In this document: one piece after another, positions 48,597-62,001 of the stretch
Position numbering within the stretch: the stretch's first letter is position 1
How the letters are laid out: every line of letters starts with the position of its first letter
Source: Azolla caroliniana
Lineage: Eukaryota; Plantae; Polypodiophyta
Direction: 5' to 3'
DNA: 64,000 nucleotides
NCBI GenBank assembly: GCA_043228905.1
Contig: JBHGNT010000009.1
Span: 2,418,001-2,482,000, forward strand
Notes under the pieces: generated by a model
Told to the model about the DNA's origin: nothing
Database searches by the model: none
What the model saw: the letters and a program-made list of their open reading frames with translations, nothing else
Made by a program: the position numbers and the translations under genes

Positions 48597-51500
48597 TGTT
48601 CAAATTTGATGATGTGGGAGGTATGGGGGTTGATATATTTGATGTGGGATAAAAGATTTTATGGGCTTATTTGAAAACAAGTAGGGGAGAGTGAGAGAGA
48701 AAGAGAGAGGAAGGGTAGAAGAGAAGTGTGTGATGTGGGAGTTAGGGAGGGTGAAGTATATTGGTGTGTATGAAAAGATTGTATGGAGATCTTTGAAAAC
48801 AAGAGGGGGGTATGAGAGGGCAAGGGTAGGAAGCTAAATTGAGAACAATTGGAGGGTAGATTGGAAATTAAAGTGTGATCACACATCACACACTTCTCAA
48901 AGCTCTAAGGTGTGAGCGCATGGGTGAACTACCATTGTGAGCTACTCTCATATGTAATAGAAGTTTTGTTTTTATATATCCATCTCTGTGGTTGTAACTC
49001 TATATACCTATCTAATCGATTCTCAATATTTCTAATATCTTCTTCCCCAAACATGGAGATTGTAGTAATTGATGCATGCAAGAGTCATCCCTTTGTCTAT
49101 TGTCCACACGATTTTTCTATTAATGACTTAGCTAACATTTTCTTCAATGTGAGATGAGTTGTTAATGTGCAAGGAGACATTGACATTATGTATATTTAGC
49201 CTTGAATAAGTTTGTGAGTCTTGAAGTATCAAAATTTGAATGAATGCTCCACCTTCATCCACAATTGAGTTTGCTTTCCACATGATGTTATTATTTACAC
49301 ATTTCTCTTGTCGTCACAATGTGCACTTTAATTACCACGTTTATTAGTACAATTCTTGAACATCAAGAGTCACTACCCAATACCAAGGTTTACTTTGTCC
49401 CTATAGGTCATATTTGACATTTGTTGTTGATAATAAAAAATTGATTCTCTCTCATTGGGTAGTCCAACTTTGTGAATATGATACATACATAGGGAACTAA
49501 GGTGTCGATATTGTAGCATACTTATTAAAGTGTTTCGAACCTCCATATGTATAGCAAGCAATGCTCAAGTGTTTGTATTTTGGATAGTTTTGAATAAAGT
49601 TTGTGTAATGTAGTTGAACAATGAATAGTAACAAAAGATACAAATATGCCACTTTTTTGGGATGTTTTTTGTTCACAATCCTTCGTTATGAAGTTATGGA
49701 AGTAGGATAGTTTTTGCACACACCCATTTGTTATGAAATTGCAAGAGTATGATGTTTTTTATATTGAAACTTTTGTCACTCTAAGCACAATTTGGGAGCT
49801 TATTTGCATGTTTTCTTCAAACAAAATGTGATCCTCTATATGTGGAACATTATACTTAATCATATTTCAGCATGATCTTGCCCTCTTTAATATACACAAG
49901 ATTGATTAGTTTATAGGAAATTATTGTTAGTATGCATAATATCATGCTTCATAGAAGTTCATACCACTGAAATGTGAATTTTTTTAAGCACATATCATGC
50001 TATAACTCTAAATGCCCCTTTTTAAAAGTAGAGAACAAATCTACAATAATATTGAGGCCTATATTCACGATGGACAACTATTGTGCTACTTCTTTTATGG
50101 TTTGGAATCTCGATGGTTGGGGCTAAGTTAATCATGTTAAAGTATCCAGATTATACACAATAGTTTTCAAAAGATGTGCTCTAGTGTAGCTACTCATCTC
50201 TTGACAATTGATACCTTTAGTCACATAAAAAAGAGGGGCTGTAACATTGCATTTTTCACGAGTATCATTTATGAAATCAACTATCTTTGTATTGTTTTGC
50301 AAATAATATCATGCCAACATTTCATTTGGAATCATGCACGCATGTGAAGATACACATGTACATGCATGTACACATCACCAAGTTTGAGATGAGAGCCACT
50401 TTAAGAAGTGCATCGGCGAGCCAATCTTAATTGAGAGTGATTGTTAACAAGGGAAAATTAAAGCAAAGCTCTTTTGTGAACATTAAAAGGGATTTGAAGG
50501 AATAGAATAAAGGGCTTTTTTTTCCAAAAAGATTTCCATCATTAGTATTAAGAAAAAACGCCGGAAGGCTACAAAATGTACATTTAGAGAGTGTTATATA
50601 CAAAAAGGATGATCAAGGCAAGGGCCAGGGGTGATGATATTTCCAAATTGGTCCTTGAGAGGAGACCGTGAATAGAGGCATCTTCCGTCATAACTGCAAT
50701 AATTTTTTCCTTTTCCTAAGAACAACCTCCAAAGAGCCTGACATATTGTCATATTGCCCAGTGCCCACACACTACCGCCAATAAAGCTCTCCCATAATTC
50801 CGGAAATACATCTAAGAGAAAGGGAATTATGGAATTATATTGTCTTTTACAACGATACTTCCATAAGGTTCATAATGTAACCGTAGATACTGTTTTCCAT
50901 ACATGGGTTGCACGCATTTGCTTTCAAGGTTGCTGAGAAGGGGAAACAGATATTAGATGCCTGTTGATGATTGTCTTATCCTCTAGAGCATCATCTGCCT
51001 CATACAATATTAGAATAAAGAGCTTTTGACTTGTAGTTAAGAGAGAAATATATGCTCTTGAAAAATGATATACCAAATTCCAAGCCTCTTTTTATGAAAC
51101 ATGGGTCCGATACTGTTTGAAAAAAAGGCTAAATCAAATCAATTGTTCTGATAAATCCTTTTGCAAAATATTATGAATGTTATTTCAAAAAGACAAGTAA
51201 TAGTTATCCACATGCCATTTGCCATAATTGTTTATATAATTTGAAAAAAGTCTAAATCAAATAATTGTTTCGAGTACAAGTCAGGTAAAGCAAAAAAGGC
51301 AATAAGAATGGAAACCATTTGCCATAATTATTGATACCATTTGAAGAAAGACTAAATCAAATAAATTGTTCTGATTAAACCCTTTTGCAAAATTATTTAT
51401 TTATTAATTTTTTCCAAAACTCTTTTGCAAAATATTATGAATGCTATTTCAAAAAGACGAGTAATAGTTAAAAAAGACTACATCAAATCAATTGTTATGA

Positions 51501-52385
51501 GTAAAAGCTAGGTAAAGCACAAAAGGAAAATAAGACGGAAGCGTCCACATAAGTGACAATATGTGTACTATTGTTTAGAGTTTTGATTAAACATATCACA
51601 AAATAGATCATAAGCATCACATGATGTTTGGTTATAATTCGATTTACATTTGACACCAATAATGTTGGGTATGCATTGTAATTTATAAATAGGTAGAATG
51701 AAGTATATACCAGCATTACCAGCCTTTCTCAAGTAATCTTCCAATGGTGAAACGTTGAACCAAACTCTTTCGAATGCAATGACATGTATTCGCACTCATG
51801 CTTATGTGTAACCTACGAATACGTCATCTATTTCTCTACGGGTTGGTGACAAATACGCATGCATTCGATGAAGGTGAAAGTCAAGTGATAGAAAAATCGA
51901 CACACACATTCGGCCTTCGGCAACAAGAACTTGTAGTTGTATGGTCATGAGCTACAAAATCTCCAAACATCATAGATTCTGATCGATAAAAGTGTTTACA
52001 CATTTCTCTACATGTGAAACGGGGGGCTATTCTTTGGGGGGGGGAGATTATTTTCCTAGCAACACAAAGAGATGTCATTATATCGAGAGGGTGCGATCAG
52101 GTGTGTCCTCGGGTGGCTAGTGTCGAAGAGCACTTTGCTCGATTTTAGAGCTGCATTTGCTTAGGAATGAAGACACGCATCCGAAAAGAGAAGAAATAAG
52201 AAACGGAATGAAGTAAGGATAAGATTCGGGACATTGCTCGCTTTCTCTTTGCTTGAATTCGGACTTGCCCGAGGTTAATGAACATAATTAGCCAGTATTA
52301 GCAACCCTGCTAATCATAATTATAAATAGATCGGAGTCCCTTAATTAACAATTAGCAAATGGATTACTGTCAATTATAATAATAG

Positions 52386-52390
<5 letters not shown>

Positions 52391-52418
<28 letters not shown>

Positions 52419-52437
52419 TGTGTGTGTGTGTGTGTGT
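52391..52437. repeat. (AG)n(TG)n compound microsatellite just upstream of host gene
   Basis: Direct reading; ends about 35 nt before the ATG. Confidence 0.95.
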
Positions 52438-52471
52438 TTGCTCTGCACACAGAGAGAAATAGCGAGAGACA

Positions 52472-53548
52472 ATGCAAGCTTCCATGGAAGCTCGAAAAAT
52501 ACGGATCTTGCTCTGCACGGCATCGATCTCCGCTTTCTTCTTCATCTCTTTCCTCTTCTTTTTCTTCTTCTTCGTTTTCCCTCTCCTACCTCCCCTTAAA
52601 CCTTTTCTTTTACATCTCCTCTATCGTGTCCGCGACATCTTGGCCTTCCTAACCTTCACTGCCGCCATAGCGGCTGCAATCTTTAAAACTCAGAAGAAAT
52701 CAGGGAAAGAAGAAGCAAAAACAGCGCCGTATTCTTTCACAGCTTCCCACCATTTCTCCACGATCTTCTGTGAGTTTCAAGAAGAAGTAACTAATTTTCT
52801 CTTGGAAGACCTACAAGAAAATCCCCAAAAAGGGCTATTTCATAGATCAGAAAAGATAGAAATAACTCGAAGTTGCGACGATTTGGGTTCCAACACAAAA
52901 CCTACTCAGGTTTTTCAAAGAAAGGTTTCTCTTCTTCATAGAAGAGCTAACTCTTTCGATGAGCTTTTAAATAACGATTCACCTAATAATGAAGCTAAGT
53001 TCGATCTTGGACAAACCCTCATTGACAAAAAGGTAAATTTTTCTGCTTCACAGTCTCTTACTACAAATCCTACCCACAATAATGCTAAGAGAATGCGATG
53101 TGATGATGTTGTAATTTCAACACCATTAAATGCAACAAAGTCTATGCTTGCTTTTACGAATGAGGAGCAAAAGATAGAATATGATGGTGATGATGTTTCT
53201 TTACCATTAATGACAACAAAATCTATCTTTAATGTTAAGGATGAGGATCAGAAAATTGAATGTAATGATAGTGTTTCTATACGATCAAGGACAAGAATAT
53301 CTAGCCTTGATGTTAAAAATGAGGATCAAAAGACAGGACGTGATCATGTTTTTTCTTCAACATTAATGGCAACAAATACTGTCCATAATGTTAAAGATGA
53401 TGAGTATCAAACAGAACTAGATGGAGACATTGAATCGAGCCCTAATGAGATCAATCGGAAAGCTGATGCTTTCATTGCCAGGGTTAACAATCAAATACGG
53501 CTTCAAAATGTGGATTCCTTCCGAAGACACAGAAATAGAATTGCTTGA
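52472..53548 (+). CDS. DUF761 (cotton fibre expressed) family protein with hydrophobic N-terminus
   Basis: 358-aa uninterrupted ORF in AT-rich DNA; C-terminal EINRKADAFIARVNNQIRLQ matches the DUF761 pattern; two N-terminal hydrophobic segments. Confidence 0.8.
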   Translation: MQASMEARKIRILLCTASISAFFFISFLFFFFFFVFPLLPPLKPFLLHLLYRVRDILAFLTFTAAIAAAIFKTQKKSGKEEAKTAPYSFTASHHFSTIFCEFQEEVTNFLLEDLQENPQKGLFHRSEKIEITRSCDDLGSNTKPTQVFQRKVSLLHRRANSFDELLNNDSPNNEAKFDLGQTLIDKKVNFSASQSLTTNPTHNNAKRMRCDDVVISTPLNATKSMLAFTNEEQKIEYDGDDVSLPLMTTKSIFNVKDEDQKIECNDSVSIRSRTRISSLDVKNEDQKTGRDHVFSSTLMATNTVHNVKDDEYQTELDGDIESSPNEINRKADAFIARVNNQIRLQNVDSFRRHRNRIA

Positions 53549-55192
53549 AAGTAACTTACTGAGCAAAACTGGTTGGTTTGAGCAGTGGTGATTTGGTTAG
53601 GTTGGTTTAACAAAATTACTGTTAAGTAAAGCCAATATCTCAATGTAACGTATTTAATGATGTTGGTTGAGTGAGGAGTTAAAAAAGTATCAATGTAATG
53701 TATATTAACAATGCTTCAGATTTTTCTAAAAATGTTGTTGAGCTGGGCTCTATTTTAGGTTTGTTAAAGAAAAATATTAAAGTGAAGTTTGTCTCTTGGA
53801 TCATATTGTAGGCGCGCTCAATATATTGAAACAGGCATACGTTCGGTCTGAATCATGCTCAATCTCTGCGCAAAACATGCTTAAATTTTGTCTAAAGTAC
53901 ATCTAGTTGAGCTATGGTAATTCATGGCTGGTCCAAGAAGAGCATTAAGATTGAAGATTCCATCTCGTATCTAAATGTGGGTATTACTAATGTATCCAAA
54001 TCATGCTTACATTTTATGTATCCCATGCTTACCTTCTACTCAAATCATGCTTTCATTCAGTTGTGAATATGCACACAATTTGTGTCAAATACAGGTAAAG
54101 TTTCGAGCTTGTTTCGTTCATTTTTTGCTTAGACAGTGTAGTTTTTCCTTAGCTCATATACTAAAGCTGAATGATGTGTTAAACCATAGCAATGCCCAAT
54201 GCCCATCTAGGAAGGCTACACAATTGCAGATGGATCATATAATATCTATTGGTAAGGTGTAACATCTCAGCTTTTTGTATTATAATTTATCAGTATCGAT
54301 GATGGGAGTGGTGAGCATGTCGCTTCGTAAAATACATCGTTATGAATATTCTATGGAGAAAGAAATTTTATTTGACCATCATGTAACATGCACTCCTCTA
54401 CTTGAACATTGAGAAAGCGATTTTGTTCTCTCAAAAGTTTGTCTTAAACTACACAAATATTCACAGTATTATATGTATATCTTTGCTCGATGTCTAAGGC
54501 AATGTTTGAAACAGAGGAAGATTTGGATTAGAAAATTTATGTCAAAATCATAGTTTGGGGGAGTACAAAACAAATGCTCTTTTTTGAGAGAAGAAATTCA
54601 GATTAAAGAATTGTTATCAGCTTTTGCGCCTTACAAACGGCAATGGCAACAAATTTAGCTTTAAGTCAAAGCAGAACACCATTTGCATATAATTTCTTAG
54701 TAAAGACCCATTTGTTTGGAGATGAGATTCTAGTACCAAGTACCATTTCACTAGTAAACCATCAATCTCAACTTGTATTATTTCCTTCCATTTATATCCA
54801 ATCCAAATTGTGAATTGTTTGCTTCTTTAACACTAAATGTGAAACCATTACCATCAAGAGCCTCTTAATCATGTGTAAAATTTGCTTATGGAGAAGGATT
54901 TGCCACTAAAGCTTCTTATGGCTCAAAATTTCTTCCATAAAATCTATCTTACGGGAATTACTAAGGCAACCACTCCACTCCAATTTTGGTGGAGCTTTTA
55001 GTGGAGATTCTTTGTGTGGAGATCTATTGGCTTGAAGTAGTCAATGCTACTTGCCATAAATAATTTGAAATGCTTGCTACATGTAACTCTTGTTGAGAAA
55101 CATTTCCAAGTGTAGCATTGTTGGTCGTAGGAGTTGGTTTGCACTTTTGTTTTCTTAAAATTTTACAGATGAGAATGTTATATACAAATCCT

Positions 55193-55744
55193 TGTAGGGA
55201 TGCGACAATTCCATCTTATGTGGATGCCCACTTACTCAAGAAAGGGAGAGGACGACCATTATTGGATGAAGGCTAGTGCCACAGACACACCAACTGCGAA
55301 CTATGCACTAGAAGTGACAAGGCTAGAAACTCGGGAAGTTGGGGGTGACGAGGCGAGGAACTTAAGAAGCTGGGCACGACACAAGAGCATGAAGACAAAG
55401 ATAAAGATTGAGGAGACAAGATGGAGCGAAATTAGAATACTAGATTGATGTGTCAATGATTGGTGTTGAATCCCTTGAAAGGGACCAAGGAGGTTACAAG
55501 TTTTATACTGTGAGCTGAAGTACATGCATTAGAAATATTCTAGAGAATATTTTCGAGAATATTCTAGAACCCTGTAGAACCTTTTAGTTCTAGAACTTTC
55601 TAAAAAATCCTAGAACTTGAATAGATAAGATACATAACATGACCATATATTTGGATGTGTTGGTTACAACATAACACTTGACTATAATTCAAGAGGTCAA
55701 GCAAGAGTTCGAATCTTGACATAATTGATGTCATGTCTATGACA
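55193..55744 (-). repeat. 3' LTR of a further family
   Basis: TG...CA; PPT AAAAGGGAGGA on minus strand at 55745-55758; homologous inverted copy at 56107-56480. Confidence 0.7.
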
Positions 55745-55904
55745 TTATCCTCCCTTTTATGACCGCCTTTTCGAAAGCGTCATGGTGCAAGGGTGAGCTG
55801 AAGTACAAAATCAAAGTTGATTGATGACTGAGCGAGTCCTCGCCAGAAATAAGAGTTCAAATCTTGACATAACTGCCGTCATGTTTATGACATTATCCTC
55901 ATAA

Positions 55905-56106
55905 AGGGGTCCGAAGTATGCTTGCACATGCAAAGTTACCGAAGACATTCTGGGCTGAGGTGCTGATGACCACAGCGTATGTGATAAACCGATCACCATC
56001 AGTACCCTTCGACGGTGATATTCCACAAAGGGTGTGCCGCGACAAAGATGTTTCATATTGACACTTGAGGGTGTTTGGCTGTCTTGCCTATGTGCATGTG
56101 ACTAAG
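55905..56106 (+). pseudogene. Copia D-like integrase fragment
   Basis: VRSMLAHAKLPKTFWAE...LRVFGCLAYVHV. Confidence 0.8.
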
Positions 56107-56480
56107 TGTCACAGACATGACAACAGTCATGTCAAGATTTGAATCTTGACCTCTTGCAATATATAGTCAAGTGTTGTGTTCTAACCAACACATCCAAATA
56201 TATGGTCATGTTATGTGTATCTCAGTAGATTATTAGTAGATTATCTATTTCAAGTTCTAGGAGTTTTTAGAAAGTTCTAGAACTACAAGGTTCTAGAGGG
56301 TTCTACAATATTCACCCGAATATTCTCCAAAATATTCTAATGCATGTACTTCGACTCACAGTATAAATACTTGTAACCTCCTTGGTCCTTTTCAAGGGAT
56401 TCAACACCAGTCATTGACACATCAATCTAGTATTCTCGTTTCGCCTCATCTTTGTCACCTTGATCTTTATTTCTGTCTTC
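56107..56480 (+). repeat. Partial LTR, inverted relative to 55391-55744
   Basis: Starts TGTCACAGACATGAC; reverse complement aligns with 55391-55744. Confidence 0.8.
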
Positions 56481-57995
56481 ATCCTCGGTAAGACCATTTG
56501 TACCGTCATCATCTTCTAGTTCGATCTCGATGTCCATCCTTTCTTTCTTTCCGATTGATCTTTCGAACATTAAGACTTTATCCTCCCCCACTAATCTTTG
56601 TTCCCGCTCCGAGAGTTGAGCAAAATGATGCTCAAACTCTAGGAATGCTTGTGTTGCACTTCGGTGGGTCTTCTCCGATGTCACCCACTGGTCAAACTCG
56701 CGTCGATCTCGTCCCTTCGGTCTCTCATAGTCATATGTCTCTCGTAAAGATTCTTCAAAGGACCCCCATGTCGGGTTTTGTTGTTGTATCTTGTGGATTC
56801 TCTCTTGTAGTTCATCTGTGGCTACCCGACTGAAGGATATCACTTGCAATCCTTCCGGTATCCCATGTCGCATCATCGCCGCCTTGTAGTCACATAGATA
56901 ACGTGACACATCCTTTCCGTTGAATTGCCCGTTTCTTTGCACAAGTCATTCTACTTCCGATTTGATCTCTGACATCAAGCATTGTTCTTGTAGTATGTGG
57001 TTAAGCATCATCGTCATCATGGACATCGCCTCTTGTTGATTCGCCATCTCCTTGCCAATCGTCTTCACGTCGGGTTCACCAACTGTGTCGTGCCTTTCAA
57101 CGCCAGATCGTTGCGTGAGTCAGGTGGGAACCACTGGGGTTTTGGACTAGGAGGAGGAAGAATTTGAGACGAGTCTAATTATGAATAGATTATTAGAAAG
57201 AGAGATAGAAACTTGTGAATCCCACAAGTATAGTTGTTTTTAGTTTATCTTAATCGTAGTAATAAATTGAATTTATAGTTTAGAATAGATTAGAGTAGAT
57301 TGAGAAAAGAGATCAAAACTTGTGAATCCCACAAATATAATTTATTAATTGGTGTTTTTAGAAATATATCCAATTTCCAAATATTTCACACACTTATTAC
57401 ATTGTGCTCCCTATCCTTATATAGTAATAAGAGAGTCTTAGCAATCCATGCTTTTTCTCTAACTATGCCCTCCATGCCTTTTCTATCAATAGACTAATAT
57501 AATTTATTAATTGGTGTTTTTAGAAATATATCCAATTTCCAAATATTTCACACACTTATTACATTGTGCTCCCCATCCTTATATAGTGATGAGAGAGTCT
57601 TAACAATCCATGCTTTTTCTCTAACTATGCCCTCCATGCTTTTTCTATCAATAGACTATATGCTTTATCTAAAAGTGATAATGCTTTTTCTAACCTCATG
57701 CGTCTTTATCGACTATAGTGTTTATGCACGTTAAATGTGCATGTGTGGCTTTTTTCTATCATGCGTTTTTCTTCTAACTAAAGCTTTTTCCTAGAAAATA
57801 TGCGTGAAAAAAACCTTTCTATGTGGGATATCTGCTTTTTTAACACTTATGATGTGTTAGTGTAATGGTATCGCTTTACATTATTAACATGGAGGTACAA
57901 GGTTTGAATCTTGCCCTATGCTTTCTTTTTCTTCATATTTATTCAATCGGTTATTTTATACGTTTTTCACGTAGTGTACGAAATACACTACGACA
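56481..57995 (-). mobile_element. Decayed A-related element: 5' LTR 57086-57995, Trp PBS 57064-57081, truncated gag
   Basis: QRNGQFNGKDVSRYL gag, identical PBS, TGTCGT...ACGACA LTR with an internal ~160-bp duplication. Confidence 0.88.
57858..57920 (+). promoter_or_regulatory. tRNA-derived A/B-box module in decayed LTR
   Basis: TAGTGTAATGG ... GGAGGT ... GGTTTGAATC, same spacing; T-run downstream. Confidence 0.6.
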
Positions 57996-60900
57996 ACATG
58001 ATCACAATTTAGAGGATTCCTTAGTTAGGTACATCTCATGGTTTAAATGCATCCTTCCCGATATACCACCGATGCATCACGAGTGGGATTAGTAGGCACG
58101 TTGCTTAGTGGCTCAGCTTTGACATGGTTCGCACCTTTATTAGAACAAAGATCTCCATTGTTGAATAATTTTGAGGAATTTATTAGCGAGTTTAAAGCCT
58201 GTTTCGGGGACACCGATAGCATTAGGACGACAATCAATAAAATTCGAAGATTGCGTCAAGGTGATCATCCAGCCTCAGCCTATGCTTCAGATTTCCTTTT
58301 ACTCGCTGACGATATTCCCTGGGATGATCTAGCATTGATGGAGGAGTTTCGATTTGGCCTTCAAAATGATGTCAAAGATTTACTTCTAACTTTTCTTGAA
58401 GAACCAAAGTCGGTCAGAGCGGTGCGTTGCGATAACAGACTTTTCGAACGACGTTCGGAACGTCAATTACAAATGCCAAGAACAAGGTTGGAGCCCACAT
58501 ATGGGCCACATATGCCTCAATCATAACAAAACCATTTGCAAGGGAGTCATATAATGCGTCTCCAGCAAATACTCCAACCCTGATGGAAATCGACACTACA
58601 TGTTGTCGCGGACCGTTATCGAAAGAGGAAACGCAACGATGCCAAGCAAATCGACTATGTCTTTATTGCGGTGGACTGGGGCATATTGTTGTAAACGATC
58701 CCCATATGCCAAGAAGACAGGTAAATCAAATAGCCGCTAGTACTAATAGTAATAAGCCCGACTCTATTTCATTAGGAGTGTTTGATCGTTCTAATATCCC
58801 AAGCCTATCAAACAAATTTGAAGTCCTTAGTCAATTGGAAGAAGAGTTAAACAACTAAGTCTAGCCAAAATTGGAGCCGTTTGGTTGGACAACCCTAAAG
58901 CTATGCAACCCATTAGTGGTTCCATTCCCTCTAAGAAAGTTAGCAATGTCTTCCTAGCTCAAGTAACAATTAGTACTAAAAGTACTTCTCTAGTATATGT
59001 CTTAGCACTCCTAGATTCCGGTGCTAATTCTTGCTTCATGGATAAGAATTTTGCCCAAGCTCATTAGATATCCTTAAGAAAACTCCCTTTCACAGCCTCT
59101 GTAGTAGTCATTGATGGTTGACCCATTGCTTTCGGAAATATCGTAGAAGAGTCAGAGCCAATTAGTGTTGTTGTAGATAATTTGGCATGTGTTGTATCAT
59201 TCAATATAATTAGTAGTTCAGAACATCCCATTGTTTTGGGGTTACCATGGTTCAAGTTACACAATCCGGACATAGATTAGAGAACAAGAGAAATCTGGTA
59301 TCGACAACCTCGAGAATCTACTCATAAGGTTTCACCCATTTCACTACATCAACTGCGTGAGGAAGGATGCAAGGAATCAATGTTTGTATTCGCGGTATCA
59401 GTAAAAGCTTCCAACACCACTAAAGAAGAATCCATAGTTCAACTTCCAGAGAAGTATCGTCATTATGCCGACGTGTTTGATAAGGTACAAGCCAGTACTC
59501 TTCCTCACCATCGTCCATATGATTGTCCCATTGATTTACAACCAAGAAAAGAGGCACCATGGGGACCGATCTACACCTTGTCAGCAACCGAGCTAGAAGT
59601 CCTTCGAGCCTACATAGAGGAGAATTTGGCAAACAGGTTCATTCGACATTTGAAATCTCCAACCGACGCACCCATTTTCTTTGTCAAGAAAAGGATGGAT
59701 CAATTCATCTCGTCATGGATTACTGTGGCTTGAATAAGGTCACCATCAGGAATAGGTATGCACTTCCCCTTATCTCGAGTCTTTTAGAACGGATTAATGG
59801 TGCAAAGTTCTTCACAAAGATCGACTTATGGATCTGGCCGGGAGATGAATGGAAGAACGCTTTTTGCACCCAATACGGGTACTTCGAGTATACGGTTATG
59901 CCATTTGGTCTCACCAATGCGCCAACAATCGTCCAACACATGGCAAATGATATCTCTTGGATATCTTTTTGATCATCTATTTGGATGAGCTACTAGTTTA
60001 TTTGAAGACTCAAGAAGAGCATGATTCTCATGTACTATTAGTACTAAAACGACTTCGAGAACATGGTTCTTATGCAAAATTGGAAGATTGTAGTTTTGCG
60101 TGCAACCAAGTGGAATTTCTAAGCTATGTCAGCTCCATGGATCTAGCTAAGGTCAAAACTATGGTAGAGTGGAAGACTCCCCATTCGTTGCGAGATGTCC
60201 AATGTTTTTTAGGCTTCGCAAATTTCTACAAGTTTATACAGGACTACTCAAAGCTTTTTTACCTCTAACATAGCTTACCAAGAAGGGATAGTCGTTTGTT
60301 TCGTCTAAGGAAGCGGACACAACTTTTGTAAGTTATAAGAAAGCATTGACATCAGCTCATGTTGATCTGAAAAAACCGTTCATCATGGAGGCAGAGGTGT
60401 CAGATTTCACCCTTGGTAGCATTCTGTCACAACAAGGCGATGATGAAAAACTACATCTTGTGGCTTTCCACCCACGCAAGTTTGATCGCCGAAATCAAGT
60501 ACGAGATACATGACAAGGAGCTATTGGCAATAGTGGACTCTTTTGCACAATGGAGGCATTTTTTAGAGGGATCTTGTCATCAAGTCACTGTATTCAGTGA
60601 TCACAAAAACCTTGCCTATTTCTAGAATGCTCGTGTATTAAATCAACGACAAGCTCGGGGGGCCCAATTCCTCACTCGTTTCGACTTCAAAATTACATAT
60701 TGTCCTGGGAAGTAACAAGGGAAGGCAGATGCATTATTTTGGCGTTCGTATCTAGCACCTCGTCCCAGTGAGCCAACATTCGATAATCAAAAGCAAGTCA
60801 TCCTGGGACCAACATGATTACAAGCAACGTGGGTTTTTGACACTCTATTGGATTCCCACATTATCGAGACCATACGTGAGGACTTAAAGACATACACTTT

Positions 60901-62001
60901 CGCTCAAGCCATTTAGCACAAATTGATCTCTCATGGGCAACCTGTTCATAGTCATAACAACCAGGTACGAACTATCGACAATTCAAATGTCATGATGGAT
61001 TACTATTCTTTAAGAAACTCTTGTATGTTCCCAATGGTTCTTGTTGCCTTCGGGTAGTCCAAAATTGTCATTACACATATACAACTGGACATTTTGGTAG
61101 TACTAAAACGTTGGATTTAGTACAACGATCATTTTGGTGGCTTCATATGCGACGATTTGTCGACGACTATGTTCAGACATGTGATACATGTTGCAGAGCA
61201 AAGTTGCCAAGACATCATCCATATGGTTTATTGGAACCATTACCAATTCCAAGCAAACCGTGGCAGCCCATTTCTCTAGATTTTATCACAGATCTTCCAA
61301 CTTCAAAGGAATTTGATGCGATCTTGACAATAGTAGATCGATATACTAAGATGGCACATTTCTTGCCTTGTACTAAGGCAATCACTAGTGAAGAAACTAC
61401 CAAAATTGTCATGCATGAGGTATTTCGGCATCATGGCCTCCCGGATAGTATCATCAGTGACCGTGGACCTCAATTCGTCTTGAAATTCTAGAAGCATCTC
61501 TTCAAAATGCTCAAGGTCATGTGTAACCTCTCCTACGACTATCTCCCTCAAACAGATGGACAAGCAGAACGAATAAATCAAACGTTGGAACAATATCTTT
61601 GGTGTTTTCTAAGCTATCAACAAGATGATTGGGCAGATATTCTCCACTTTGCCGAATTTGCTTATAATAACTCTATCCACTCATCGACTAGGGTTACACC
61701 ATTTTATGCTTATGCAGGCTATCATCCTTGATGGTGTGTGTTCGAAACTCCGGAGTTACCCACAAATCCTCGTGCAGAGGATCATTTGGAGCGGCTACGC
61801 AAGATACATGCAAACCTATCTACTCATTTACATCAAGCTCAACAAACATAGAAGGATTATGCGGATCGTCATCGACTTCCATCCTATGTTGACATTGGAA
61901 ATCGGGTATGGTTATTACGACGACACATCAAGACTACTCGACCATGCGATAAATTGGATTATCGATGATTAGGTCCTTTCCGTATTATCGGAAAAGTTAA
62001 T
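57996..62001 (+). pseudogene. gag-pol: Degenerate Gypsy gag-pol, chromovirus Tcn1-like
   Basis: LSGSALTWF gag, [67 protein letters not shown]; many stops. Clade call is by resemblance only. Confidence 0.85.

Noticed and set aside
51110-51500. Patchy local duplications in AT-rich DNA
   Set aside because: Imperfect and irregular, consistent with ordinary slippage or repair; no termini or TSD seen.
50640-51800. Possible minus-strand exon or LINE remnants (HVWKTVSTVTL*TLWKYRC; AFERVWFNVSPLEDYLRK)
   Set aside because: Too short and interrupted to assign without a homology search.
57337-57657. ~160-bp tandem duplication
   Set aside because: Simple duplication inside a decayed LTR with no evidence of function.
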